Origin: Pseudomonadota bacterium
Lineage (GTDB): Bacteria; Bdellovibrionota_B; Oligoflexia; Silvanigrellales; Silvanigrellaceae
Assembly: GCA_039799905.1 (NCBI GenBank)
Contig: JBDLRP010000041.1
Location: 1 to 64,000 of the forward strand
Direction: 5' to 3'
Length of the DNA: 64,000 bases
Below the pieces are notes generated by a model. That model saw only the letters and a list, made by a program, of their open reading frames with translations, had not been told where the DNA came from and did no database searches. This document shows, one piece after another, positions 30,237 through 40,152 of this stretch (positions are counted from its first letter, which is position 1; every line of letters begins with the position of its first letter). The translations under genes were made by a program, and so were the position numbers.

Positions 30237-31334
30237 ATGCCATTGAGCGACGACATAGCCCGAGAATTGAAACAATCTGTCGAGGTTCGCCAACTTCACG
30301 GTGCAAACTCTCCGACACAGTTGGAATGGTGGTACTTTACCGGTCACCTGTGGAAAAATCCGCAGCAGGAAACATGCGGAGAGGTTGCTCCTATAGGCAC
30401 ACGGCCTGCGGATTATGCGGTTCAGTCGACATTTTTTCTTTCTGATTCGGGCATACGCAAAGGACTTCTCGCGCATGCCGCACAAGCAGATTTAGCCTCA
30501 CAGAAGCACTCCCATGCGGAACTCGTATCGGCTCTGACTTCAGCCAAAGGCGGATCGCCGCTGGCCTATGCAGAAAAGTTTTTTCTCAATCTTGCACTCG
30601 GACACTGGCGACTGACCCAACTGGGCGCGCAGGAAGAGAAACTGAATTGGGATCTGCGCTTTGATGTCAAGGGAGTTGAATACCTTCTTCAACTCGATGT
30701 CGACAAAAACAAGCTGTGGTTCCACGGCGAAAAGGGGCATCTCAAGAAAACACCCAGCAGCGGAAACTTCTACTACAGCGTGCCGATTGTTCCGGCCCGC
30801 GGAGTGCGTATCAGCCGCACACTGGCGGGAAAAATGACTTCGGAACCGGTTTGCGGCCAGCTGTGGTTCGATCATGAAATTCACGTTGAACAGGTACTCG
30901 ACGTCGGATGGAACTGGTTTGGACTGTCGTTCAGCAACCAAAAGACGCTGATGTTCTACGAAATCATATCGGAGCAACAGAGATACACTCCGCGAGGTGA
31001 GATCTGGGATCACAAAAGAAGCACTGCAGGAACTCTGAGCGAAGTGAAAATTCTCGCGCAAGAGAGCAAGTGTCTGCGCTCGGGACGATGTTATCCGCAA
31101 GCCTTCTCAATCTCATTCAAAAATCCGTTCACCGGCAAAACAGAGACCGTAAAAACTCAGGCTGCATTTGCTGAACAGGAACTCGACGGCGGTTCGGGTG
31201 CGCTTGCCCGCATCTATTGGGAGGGAAGCACGAAAGCATTTTGGAGTTCGGTGTCGGATAAAGCGGGACGAACTGAAAAAATCGCCGACGGCCTCGGCTT
31301 CACCGAGCTTGTCCCGCTGGTTTCGAAAAAGTGA
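30237..31334 (+). CDS. AttH / CrtC-like lipocalin-fold protein
   Basis: EWWYFTGHL, FYYS, LWFDHE, GWNWFGL, YWEG and GFTEL. Confidence 0.88.
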   Translation: MPLSDDIARELKQSVEVRQLHGANSPTQLEWWYFTGHLWKNPQQETCGEVAPIGTRPADYAVQSTFFLSDSGIRKGLLAHAAQADLASQKHSHAELVSALTSAKGGSPLAYAEKFFLNLALGHWRLTQLGAQEEKLNWDLRFDVKGVEYLLQLDVDKNKLWFHGEKGHLKKTPSSGNFYYSVPIVPARGVRISRTLAGKMTSEPVCGQLWFDHEIHVEQVLDVGWNWFGLSFSNQKTLMFYEIISEQQRYTPRGEIWDHKRSTAGTLSEVKILAQESKCLRSGRCYPQAFSISFKNPFTGKTETVKTQAAFAEQELDGGSGALARIYWEGSTKAFWSSVSDKAGRTEKIADGLGFTELVPLVSKK

Positions 31335-31397
31335 TGCCGAGACGGTGCGAGTACCAGACAACTATCTGTAATTATTATACTTAACAACATCACCTCT

Positions 31398-31424
31398 TAA
31401 GTCCTAAACTCAAAAGTCCGATAA
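31398..31424 (+). promoter_or_regulatory. sigma28 (FliA)-type promoter
   Basis: TAAG-N15-TCCGATAA, 30 nt upstream of the ATG at 31455. Confidence 0.7.
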
Positions 31425-31454
31425 TATAGAGTTGGAAAGTAAGGGGGCAACTGT

Positions 31455-32546
31455 ATGACGCGTCTCAATTCGCTTGTCATCTTTAATGGCGTGGTTGCCG
31501 GAGGGCTATTACTGCTCGGAGTCGGAACGGCTTCCTGTGGAAGCCAATTGCAGAACTACGCGAGCACGGAACCTGTGAAGACACCCTTTGGCGCAAAAGC
31601 TCTTGCAGCCGAATTGGTTGCTTGTCCCGATGATTTTCGTCCGCTACGAGTTGCATTCGTTGTAGACAACACAGGTTCGAACGGCGCGAAGCCCGGGGAT
31701 GTACAAAGGGAGTCTCAGCCCCTGAAAGGTTCTGATCCTCTGAGAACGTTCGATGACGCGAAGTATCTTCTAAAAGGAGACGCGGATTTCGCCGGCCTGA
31801 ATACCGAGAACGTTTATACGTATCGTCAGTATGCTGTGTACAAAGCGATTCGCAAACTTCAAACATCTGGCCTTGCGGCGCGCAAGAACAATCCAAAATA
31901 CGAAGGCATTGATATAGGCATTGCTCATTTTCCCAAGGCGGAAAGTGAAGTCCCGACAGAATTGGAAATGAGTGAGCCGGTGTACTATTTCGGCGGCAAC
32001 ACTGGTCTGCAAAGCAAAATGACCGACGTGTCGCAGATTGCTGAATCTCCCACATTCAACCAGCAAATCTGGGACACACTCAAATTCACCCACAAGACCA
32101 ATGGCATGACTCCGTACGTCACTGCTTTTACTGCAGCTCAGAACATGCTGATCGCTGAGAAAAAAGCTGAGGACAAGAGACAAGGGTTGATGATCATTGT
32201 GACAGACGGACTTCCGACAGACCGCGTACCGAGCGCGATAAAAGCGGCGCGAAAAGCATTAGGAGCAGACACGCGGGTCGTTCTGATGTCCATCTACGGC
32301 GATGACAACATCAACGATGAAGAGCAAAATAAGGCTCCAAAAGAACAATTGGCTTCTCTGTTCAAAAATGACAGCTTTAAGTGGGGACAAGAAGAACACT
32401 CAAGTTTCGATTCCTATTGGAACGCCCTGCTTGCGATCCCAAACTCGAATGAAGTCCGCGATGACTTCATCAAAGTCAACTCTAATAAACTTAAAAAGAG
32501 CGTCGATGAGCTCCTGGACAGATATTTGAAGTGCAAGAAAAAATGA
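31455..32546 (+). CDS. vWA-domain lipoprotein
   Basis: Lipobox TASC and MIDAS-like FVVDNTGS...TP...IIVTDGLP. Confidence 0.8.
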   Translation: MTRLNSLVIFNGVVAGGLLLLGVGTASCGSQLQNYASTEPVKTPFGAKALAAELVACPDDFRPLRVAFVVDNTGSNGAKPGDVQRESQPLKGSDPLRTFDDAKYLLKGDADFAGLNTENVYTYRQYAVYKAIRKLQTSGLAARKNNPKYEGIDIGIAHFPKAESEVPTELEMSEPVYYFGGNTGLQSKMTDVSQIAESPTFNQQIWDTLKFTHKTNGMTPYVTAFTAAQNMLIAEKKAEDKRQGLMIIVTDGLPTDRVPSAIKAARKALGADTRVVLMSIYGDDNINDEEQNKAPKEQLASLFKNDSFKWGQEEHSSFDSYWNALLAIPNSNEVRDDFIKVNSNKLKKSVDELLDRYLKCKKK

Positions 32547-34307
32547 TCACCGCCGCAGAGGCGTGAGTGAGCGCGGAAGTGCGGCCGGAGTGTTTTCGCC
32601 TCCGGCCGCATCCTTTGCAGACTGGCCCGATTTATTTGCCGAGTTCTCCTGCAATGAGGAAGTTCTTACAGAAGAGCTTCCCTGACCGCCGTCATCGCTG
32701 CGATTGACCTTTTCAACGTAAATGGGAATCACCACTTCACGGGTCTGCCCCGGTTCTAGGAACAGGGATTGACGCGATTTGCTGCGCTCGAGCAGCGGGT
32801 CACCAACAAAATAGGTGAGATCGTAACTTCCGGCCGGAACGTAAACTTCGTCAGGTTTGTGGAAAAGCAAATCCAAAGAGCGTCCGAATGTACTTTGCCC
32901 GCGGCTTTCAATACGCACGAGATCTGTGCGGTAACGACCTTGGGCTAGCCGCACATCCCATTTCAAGCGCACCCGTGCCAATGGTTCACCAGCAAGATTT
33001 TCGGCACGTCGCTGCAGCGTTCGCTTAATACCACGCAGTCCCTCGACTCCATATTCATAGGTGCCCTCAAGCAAGAGAAAGGGCAAACGTGGCTCCACCA
33101 GCATCAACGCATAAGGCTTTTGGTCGCGGTGAATGGTGATCCTTGGCGGGCTCTTGCAGCTTTTCAAGGTGTCAGGACACGGAGGAACATCGACACGAGC
33201 CGCAAAAGTTTTAATGAGAGTCTTTTCACCGCCCTCAACCTGAACCGTATCCTGAACTTCGGAACCTTCGAGTGAAACCGTGTAGCTTCCCGGGAACACA
33301 AGATAGTCGGTATCGAGGTTCATGAGAGCACCCGTGTCCAAGTAAACAAACACAGGCTGACCTCCGGCTTTAAGGCGATCTTCAATTGGAAAGTACGCCG
33401 GCATGTCGATACGCAACACCCCGACAGAGATCTCAATTCGAGCTCCCTGTTCGACGGTCACCTTGCGACGGGTACCGTTGACCTCAAGCGAATAATTCCC
33501 AATCAGCAGCCACATCGGATTATTTGCTGCAAGACTGACCGCCGAGACATCTTGCTTGGCATCTTTTTCTTCGGGCGTCAGATAAAATCGCGCCTGAATG
33601 TCGGGGAACTGCGAGTTGACCATAATGGGATAAAGATCAAGCAGAATAGGCTCGCTTGTTTCACCATGATTTTCGAGCGTCACAACACGCCCGCCGATGC
33701 GCATTTCGGTTGTCCCCGGCAGGATGTCGAATTGCCGGCGATTGGTCCACTCATTGCGCTGACGATCGAGCGGATCGACGCACATTGTGTGAACAACTCC
33801 GGTTGGACTCAGCGGAGAGGATGCGACAGCATTTTGCCCTCCATTTTCCGCGCTGGACACTCCCGCAGGCTGCGCCGGCTCCCCACCTGCAGACTCTGCC
33901 GCAGTCTGCGTAGGCTCTGCTTCTGCCGGCAATGCTTCGGGCTGCGGAGACTGCGCTCCTGCAGGAATTGCTTCGGACTGCGGAGACTGGGTATTTTCGC
34001 CATGCAATGTCAGCATCAAACGCCGCACGGGAATTTTGGTGGGCCGCTCACTTGAATGCTTGAACTCGTATCCGGAGCATTCGTTGGCGAGAAGGTACTC
34101 TCCTGCAACGAGCTCAATTGTTTCCCCGCCGCGAACCAATCCGACGGGGTTCATGACCTTTTGTCCCTGTCGGCCAACTTTGTTGTAGACAACGAGTTCG
34201 ACATCCTTGGGTGCGTCCAAGGTCAGAGTCTGCTTACGCAGTAATGTCAAATATTGACATCCGGTGAGAAGTCCGAGGCTGACTACCCACACAAACCAAT
34301 TTTTCAT
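32547..34307 (-). CDS. Hypothetical lipoprotein with repeated beta-sandwich (PEGA-like) modules
   Basis: Lipobox LTGC, repeated 'PG-x-Y-x-V/L' motifs and a Pro/Ala/Glu linker. Confidence 0.75.
   Translation of the reverse strand: MKNWFVWVVSLGLLTGCQYLTLLRKQTLTLDAPKDVELVVYNKVGRQGQKVMNPVGLVRGGETIELVAGEYLLANECSGYEFKHSSERPTKIPVRRLMLTLHGENTQSPQSEAIPAGAQSPQPEALPAEAEPTQTAAESAGGEPAQPAGVSSAENGGQNAVASSPLSPTGVVHTMCVDPLDRQRNEWTNRRQFDILPGTTEMRIGGRVVTLENHGETSEPILLDLYPIMVNSQFPDIQARFYLTPEEKDAKQDVSAVSLAANNPMWLLIGNYSLEVNGTRRKVTVEQGARIEISVGVLRIDMPAYFPIEDRLKAGGQPVFVYLDTGALMNLDTDYLVFPGSYTVSLEGSEVQDTVQVEGGEKTLIKTFAARVDVPPCPDTLKSCKSPPRITIHRDQKPYALMLVEPRLPFLLLEGTYEYGVEGLRGIKRTLQRRAENLAGEPLARVRLKWDVRLAQGRYRTDLVRIESRGQSTFGRSLDLLFHKPDEVYVPAGSYDLTYFVGDPLLERSKSRQSLFLEPGQTREVVIPIYVEKVNRSDDGGQGSSSVRTSSLQENSANKSGQSAKDAAGGENTPAALPRSLTPLRR
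33923..33989. repeat. In-frame 36-bp imperfect tandem duplication
   Basis: Encodes QSPQSEAIPAGA / QSPQPEALPAEA, with a third degenerate copy following. Confidence 0.8.
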
Positions 34308-34330
34308 GCCAGCGCCTTAACAGTAATGAA

Positions 34331-34723
34331 TCAAGGCTTGCAGCTTAACAGAGATTCCATTGAGAAGTAAGGCTGGGGTACGCTTTTCAAACGCCGGAGC
34401 GTACCGACGAGTTCGATCTTGGACTGCCCAGGACAGCCTACTTTGTGTGCGATCTGTTCGGTTCCGACCATAATCCGTCCGGTGTCGTCTTCCACAAGCA
34501 AATATGATTCGGCAGGACCAACGCCCTGAACTTTCCCGCTCAATTGAACGCGTGAACCGATGTATTCATCAGGATTCAGGCTGAGAACTTTGATTTTAGT
34601 AGGCGCTTTTGACTGCGGCACACAAGAGACAAAAAGCCCTGACAGCAACAAGCCAAGAATAAAAGCCGAGGGCCTTGAAAAAACCGCCCGCTTAAGAAGC
34701 AGACTGTACATTTTGTTTTTCAT
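34331..34723 (-). CDS. OB-fold-like lipoprotein
   Basis: Lipobox FVSC and 'NPDEYIGSRVQLSGKV...LVEDDTGRI' pattern. Start trimmed to MKNK. Confidence 0.65.
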   Translation of the reverse strand: MKNKMYSLLLKRAVFSRPSAFILGLLLSGLFVSCVPQSKAPTKIKVLSLNPDEYIGSRVQLSGKVQGVGPAESYLLVEDDTGRIMVGTEQIAHKVGCPGQSKIELVGTLRRLKSVPQPYFSMESLLSCKP

Positions 34724-35237
34724 GACCAACTCCCCTGCTGAAAACATGTGACAAAATCGACTCCACATCGAGCAACGGGCGCACTGCCGTTCCCGATTTT
34801 GCGACTCCCGAAACGACCCGAAACTCATCTGTAAGATAACCCTGCGGCACAGACTCAATGTCCTTCTCGCCCAGCCAAAGAAACTCGGTGATTTCATCGA
34901 CGATGATGCCGAAGTCGTCTTCCTGCGGCCGAACAATGAGAACGCGCGTCGCAGGCGAAAGAACACCCTGTTTAAAGCCAAGCATCCGGCGGAGATTTAC
35001 GACCGGCATGATTTCACCGCGCAGGGCAATGACACCCTCGATCTCGCGTGTGGCCCGCGGAAGGAAGGCAATGGGGGGCGGCATGATGATTTCGCGGACG
35101 TCATCCACCGCAATCAAAAGCTCTTGCTCTGCCACTCGGAAAACAAGAAATTGCCTTCCCTGATGAATCACCGAGGGGGCTTCATCGAATCCGGTAGCAA
35201 GCCTTGCCTCGAGCTGTTTACGAAGATCTTCTATCAT
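34692..35237 (-). CDS. cheW: Chemotaxis coupling protein CheW
   Basis: FLVFRV, VREII, GVIALRGEIMPVVNLR and GIIVDEI. Confidence 0.92.
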   Translation of the reverse strand: MIEDLRKQLEARLATGFDEAPSVIHQGRQFLVFRVAEQELLIAVDDVREIIMPPPIAFLPRATREIEGVIALRGEIMPVVNLRRMLGFKQGVLSPATRVLIVRPQEDDFGIIVDEITEFLWLGEKDIESVPQGYLTDEFRVVSGVAKSGTAVRPLLDVESILSHVFSRGVGHEKQNVQSAS

Positions 35238-37845
35238 GCAGATACCTCTGTGCAGATTCCTTGTTGAAGACCTCTAAGATGTCGAGAACCAACGCAACAC
35301 GACCATCTCCAAGCAGACAACCACCCGCAACACCGGACTGGTTGCTGAGCAAGCGGCCCAGCGGCTTGATGACGATCTCTTGTTGACCGATGAGTTTGTC
35401 GACTACCAAACCAATCCGCTCGGGCCCTACGCCGACCACAACGAAGACGAGCCGGTCGCGTCTGCGCGCAAGTGTCGGCGTTTTCGTCGCTTCGCGGTAC
35501 CAAAAATCACCAGACACGGTGTTCATTCCGAGCACATCCGCAAATCGGACGAGTGGAATCACCTGTTCGCGCAGACGCACGAACTGAGAAGAACCCATGT
35601 ACTGAATTTCGGCTGGGTCAATGCGGATGCTTTCAATGACATTGACGAGTGGCACCGCAAAGCTTTCACCATTCACCTCAACAAACAGACTGGGAACAAT
35701 CGCAAGAGTGATCGGCAATTTAATTTGTATCTTGGTGCCTTGTCCTACAACGGAGTCGATTTCAATGACTCCTTTGAGCTTCTGAATGTTCTTCTTGACA
35801 ACATCCATGCCGACGCCACGGCCAGATATGTTTGTGACTTTCTCGGCGGTGGAAAATCCAGGTTCAAATATCAGATTAAAAATATCCTTGATTTCAGGAT
35901 TGTCGTGTTCGCGCAGCAATCCGTTCTTGATGGCCTTTGCGCGAATCCTTTCAACATCCAGCCCTTTTCCGTTGTCTTCAACGCAGATGACAATCATATT
36001 CCCCTGCTGTGCGGCGGAGATTCTGATTTGCCCTCTGCGGCTTTTACCGGCGGCTTCCCTCACATCTGCAGATTCGATTCCATGGTCGATACTGTTGCGG
36101 ATCAAATGAACGAGCGGGTCGCCAATTTCCTCGACCAGCGTTTTGTCGAGTTCGGTTTCACCGCCCTCGATGACAAGATCAACTTCTTTTCCGACCTGCC
36201 GCGAGAGATCACGAACCATCCGTGCAAACTTGTAGAAGACGTTGCCCACCGGGACCATCCGTACCTTCATGATGATGTTTTGCACTTCGTTCATGTGGCG
36301 CCCAAACAAGAGCAAACTCTCCGCCATCTGATGGCTGAGGTCCGCGCTTGCACCGCGCGTGCGCATGGCTTCTTCAATTCGAGCAAATCGTGTCCTGTCG
36401 ATAACCAATTCGCCGACAAGGTTGACGAGACTGTCAAGTTTCTTCAAGTCCACACGCAGTGTGGCCTGTGCATCGCTTTTTTGCGCCGCAGGTGTCATTG
36501 TCGCAGTTTGCGCCTGCTGATCATCGGTGCTTCTCTTCGCCTCGGGCGAGGGAGTAGAGGTTTCGCCCGTGCGAACACCCTTCTCAGCGTTGCTTAGATT
36601 CTTCAGGTAGCCGTCAATTGGAAGTTGCGGCGCACGCCCCTGTTGAAGCAGTGAAAAGAGTTCACGAACGAGGTCCCAGCCAACGAGCAGCTGGTCGATG
36701 AGCACTGGAGTTGCCTCCAGCTGATTTTTACGAATACGATCAAATGTATTTTCCAGCGCGTGGCAGAGCTTCTCGATGACGGAGAAGCCAAGCATGCCGG
36801 CTGTTCCCTTAATGGTATGCGCCGCACGAAAAATTGTTTCAATTGTCGACGAGTCGGAAGGATTCGCTTCAAGCTCCAAGAGCGACTGCGTGAGCGTCTC
36901 CAACAACTCTGACGCGTTGCTGAGAAAGTCGCTGACCATTTCAGGATCAGCACTCCCCATCTGCTCGAACGGTGGTGCATCGGAGTCTGCAGGCGAGGTC
37001 GGTTCGATTTCATGATCGTCAACCGAGGATTCTCCTGACAACTCCGCGGCGGCAGCAAATTCGGCGGAAGCACTGGTCGAAAGTTCAGACTTTTGGGCGG
37101 AGGAAAGCAGACCTGACCACTCCGCGCCGAGTGAATTGAGCGCCTGAAGGTCTTTCTGCAACGGCCGGACGGGTTGCTCAACGATCGCCTCGACCAAAGT
37201 CTGATCGAGCTCGGCTGCAAAGACAAGTAAAAACTTCGCAGCGTTGACTCTTTCAATCAAAACATCGCCGACGGGCTCGATCACGGCTCTGCACTGGCCC
37301 GCATCTCCCTGTGCAGAAAGAGCGAAAATGAACTCATCCCGCGACTGATACCTGACCCAGCGTTCTTTTTCCACTTCGCTCAAAGGCCTAACAGAATCTG
37401 TCTGCCCCACGGATGCAACCGAAGGCTCTTGCGCCTGAACGTGCGACTCTTCGCCGACACAAAACAGCTGTGCCTGATGTTCAAGTTCACTGAGAAGAAC
37501 GTCGTCGTCGGGGTTGAACTCGATGACAAGAAGTTTTTCAAGAATCAGCTGCGACTCGGCGAGTTGTTCGACACCGACCGTGTCCAGCACTGACTGACCT
37601 GCCCTAACTTGAGTCAGTCGATCCTCGAGCAGATGCAGCGCCGAGACCAACCGTGGTCTGTCCATAAGTTCACACAGACTTTTGAGTGTGTGCAACGCCC
37701 GGAACAGCGCATCGATGTCGTCACGAGAGACTGCCAGCTTTTGCTCGACAGTTACATTCAGGCGCAGACAAAGACGCGAGAACTGTTCAATCAGCTCCGC
37801 GCTCTCGGCCTTCAGTTCAGTGAGCATTTCTTGTGTTAATTCCAT
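35218..37845 (-). CDS. cheA: CheA histidine kinase with two Hpt domains
   Basis: FRALHTLKS and FRAAHTIKG, HLIRNSIDHG, DNGKG, PGFSTA, SGRGVGMDVV and a C-terminal CheW domain. Confidence 0.95.
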   Translation of the reverse strand: MELTQEMLTELKAESAELIEQFSRLCLRLNVTVEQKLAVSRDDIDALFRALHTLKSLCELMDRPRLVSALHLLEDRLTQVRAGQSVLDTVGVEQLAESQLILEKLLVIEFNPDDDVLLSELEHQAQLFCVGEESHVQAQEPSVASVGQTDSVRPLSEVEKERWVRYQSRDEFIFALSAQGDAGQCRAVIEPVGDVLIERVNAAKFLLVFAAELDQTLVEAIVEQPVRPLQKDLQALNSLGAEWSGLLSSAQKSELSTSASAEFAAAAELSGESSVDDHEIEPTSPADSDAPPFEQMGSADPEMVSDFLSNASELLETLTQSLLELEANPSDSSTIETIFRAAHTIKGTAGMLGFSVIEKLCHALENTFDRIRKNQLEATPVLIDQLLVGWDLVRELFSLLQQGRAPQLPIDGYLKNLSNAEKGVRTGETSTPSPEAKRSTDDQQAQTATMTPAAQKSDAQATLRVDLKKLDSLVNLVGELVIDRTRFARIEEAMRTRGASADLSHQMAESLLLFGRHMNEVQNIIMKVRMVPVGNVFYKFARMVRDLSRQVGKEVDLVIEGGETELDKTLVEEIGDPLVHLIRNSIDHGIESADVREAAGKSRRGQIRISAAQQGNMIVICVEDNGKGLDVERIRAKAIKNGLLREHDNPEIKDIFNLIFEPGFSTAEKVTNISGRGVGMDVVKKNIQKLKGVIEIDSVVGQGTKIQIKLPITLAIVPSLFVEVNGESFAVPLVNVIESIRIDPAEIQYMGSSQFVRLREQVIPLVRFADVLGMNTVSGDFWYREATKTPTLARRRDRLVFVVVGVGPERIGLVVDKLIGQQEIVIKPLGRLLSNQSGVAGGCLLGDGRVALVLDILEVFNKESAQRYLHDRRSS

Positions 37846-38010
37846 CGTTCTTCTGCTCCTGTCTTTAATTTAGGCATTTCTGAACACATGGAATGGTTAT
37901 GCCTCGCCCACTGGGCTGGGAAATTGTCGGAGCTGGATGATTCTGCCCATCAAACTCCTTGACTGTGTTTTGATTGCGGGCAATTTCTGCTTGGGGGGAT
38001 TAAGTCCAAG

Positions 38011-38610
38011 ATGTTTGAAAAAATAATTCTTGCCAGCGCATCGCCGCGCCGGCGTGACCTGCTGACACAGGCGGGCTTTCGACACGAAGTACTTGTATCC
38101 AATATCGAAGAAAAGCGGCGCAGCGGCGAGCGACCCGAGGAATACGTGCAGCGCAATGCGCGAGAAAAGGCACTTGCCGTCTGCAGCACAAAGCCGCTTG
38201 CCGTCGCCAAGTCAATCGTCCTTGCAGCCGACACGATTGTCGTTGCGTTTGACAACGAAGTTCTGGAAAAGCCCGTCGATGCCGATGACGCTCGGAGAAT
38301 GCTCGGAAAATTGTCTGCACGCACACATCGTGTGATGACAGGCTATGCCCTGTGCAATGGAACCACCGGCGAGATCATGGAATGCAAAACTGTGCAGACA
38401 CAAGTTTTATTCCGGCAACTTTTTCCTGATGAAATTGAACGGTATATTTCCAGCGGAGAGCCTTTTGACAAGGCAGGCTCATACGGAATTCAAGGACAGG
38501 CGCTGACCTTTGTCGAATCTCTCGAGGGTAGCTATACAAACGTCGTAGGGCTGCCCATGGCACACGTTGTCATGGCATTGCGCCAATGGCTCCCTTTAAG
38601 TGACGACTGA
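38011..38610 (+). CDS. maf: Maf/YhdE nucleoside triphosphate pyrophosphatase
   Basis: LASASPRR, AADT and DKAGSYGIQG. Confidence 0.93.
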   Translation: MFEKIILASASPRRRDLLTQAGFRHEVLVSNIEEKRRSGERPEEYVQRNAREKALAVCSTKPLAVAKSIVLAADTIVVAFDNEVLEKPVDADDARRMLGKLSARTHRVMTGYALCNGTTGEIMECKTVQTQVLFRQLFPDEIERYISSGEPFDKAGSYGIQGQALTFVESLEGSYTNVVGLPMAHVVMALRQWLPLSDD

Positions 38611-38622
38611 CGGTGAAATGCA

Positions 38623-39366
38623 ATGCACGAATCAATTGAAGGCGGCTGCGCGGATCGACTAAAAATCATTCAGTCGCGTATCGCCACAGCTCTGATCGGC
38701 AGTGGACGCAAGACTCAGGATGTGACTTTAATTGCCGTCAGCAAAGGTCACAGTGTGGAATCCATCCGCGAACTTTACAGATTGGGAGTGCGCGACTTCG
38801 GCGAAAGCTATGCCGGAGAATTCTGCAAAAAGTTTGAGGAAACAGTCGATCTTGCAGACATCCGCTGGCACTTCATCGGCCATCTGCAATCAAACAAAGC
38901 TAAGCGGGTTGCGCTTATGAGGCCGTTGATTCATTCTCTCGACAGGCCGAGTCTTTTGCGCGAACTCAGCAAGTTTGCCAGTCCGTCAGAACCGCTCAAA
39001 GTACTCGTTCAGCTGCAAATTGATCCCGATGACGTTAACAAGTCAGGATGCACAGCTGAGGAAGCACACGAGATATGCAGACAGCTTGCTCAAACACCCG
39101 GCTTGGAGTGGGAAGGATTCATGGGCATCGGCCCCGCATCGGCCTCGGCAGAAAAACTGATGTGGCTTTACGATCAGTTTCGCAGCAGGGCATTGCTTTT
39201 GTGGGACCAATATTCGCGCAGGGATCCCTCGCGCCGCACGAGGGAAGTCAAACTTTCACTTGGAATGAGTGACGATCTTGAAATCGCGCTGCGCAGTGGG
39301 TCGAATATAATTCGGGTTGGCTCTGCATTGTTCGGTCCACGACCCGGCAAAACTCAGGCCACCTGA
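38623..39366 (+). CDS. yggS: PLP homeostasis protein
   Basis: AVSK, FGESY, HFIGHLQSNK, LGMSDD and RVGSALFG. Confidence 0.94.
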   Translation: MHESIEGGCADRLKIIQSRIATALIGSGRKTQDVTLIAVSKGHSVESIRELYRLGVRDFGESYAGEFCKKFEETVDLADIRWHFIGHLQSNKAKRVALMRPLIHSLDRPSLLRELSKFASPSEPLKVLVQLQIDPDDVNKSGCTAEEAHEICRQLAQTPGLEWEGFMGIGPASASAEKLMWLYDQFRSRALLLWDQYSRRDPSRRTREVKLSLGMSDDLEIALRSGSNIIRVGSALFGPRPGKTQAT

Positions 39367-40124
39367 GAGCTGCCATCCATAGACAGTGCGTATTCACGCA
39401 ATAAAATTTTCACGTCCAGCGGGTTGGATTCTGGTCTAATCTCGAGAATGCGCGCACAAAGACCGCTGATGTGCGCAGCCGCATAGCTTGATCCGGTCAC
39501 AAAAATAGATTGGTCTGCAGGCCCGGCGATCGGAACATTGACACCCAATGCAGAGAACTCAACCACACTGCCATGATGAAATCGGACCTGCATGGCGTGT
39601 GTGGCGGGCATCGCATTAACGCTGATGCAATATGTAAAGGTGGCAGGATACAGCCAATTTCCGACGTTGCTACACGCAGCAACAACCACAACATTCGACT
39701 CGTAAGCACGTTTCATCAGCGACACCAGCCATGGGAGATGATACTCGCTGGAGGTCCCAAGGCTCACATTGATGACCTGATATTTTTGATCGATGGCATG
39801 GTCCAAAACATAACAAAGAAGCGAGCTATCTGTGGCGTTGCTTTCATCAAGCACGCGAAAGTGATCCACCTCGGCTTCGGGCGCAACCGACATCAGACAG
39901 CTTTGTACCAAACTGCCGTGACCCGTCCGGTCTGAATTTTCGCCTTTTGGAAGATCCTTCAAAACGAGTCCCTTTGCTCCATAGGAGCAATCCACCATTC
40001 GGCCTGTCTTGCCGCGCAGCATAGGAAACTGCGGATTGATTCCGCTGTCGATGACCGCGACACGAACCTGAGAACCAGTTCCGAGCAGCAGACTTTGAAA
40101 AGTTTTTTTCATATCGATCTTCAT
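39354..40124 (-). CDS. S8 subtilisin-like serine peptidase, catalytic domain only
   Basis: VAVIDSG (Asp), TGHGS (His), AACSN (oxyanion Asn) and GSSYAAAH (Ser). No signal or propeptide. Confidence 0.88.
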   Translation of the reverse strand: MKIDMKKTFQSLLLGTGSQVRVAVIDSGINPQFPMLRGKTGRMVDCSYGAKGLVLKDLPKGENSDRTGHGSLVQSCLMSVAPEAEVDHFRVLDESNATDSSLLCYVLDHAIDQKYQVINVSLGTSSEYHLPWLVSLMKRAYESNVVVVAACSNVGNWLYPATFTYCISVNAMPATHAMQVRFHHGSVVEFSALGVNVPIAGPADQSIFVTGSSYAAAHISGLCARILEIRPESNPLDVKILLREYALSMDGSSQVA

Positions 40125-40152
40125 GCGGGTATTCCTGTTCTGGTCTTACATC

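Noticed and set aside
35380..36597. 405-aa + strand ORF
   Set aside because: Antisense shadow of the conserved cheA core, with no motifs.
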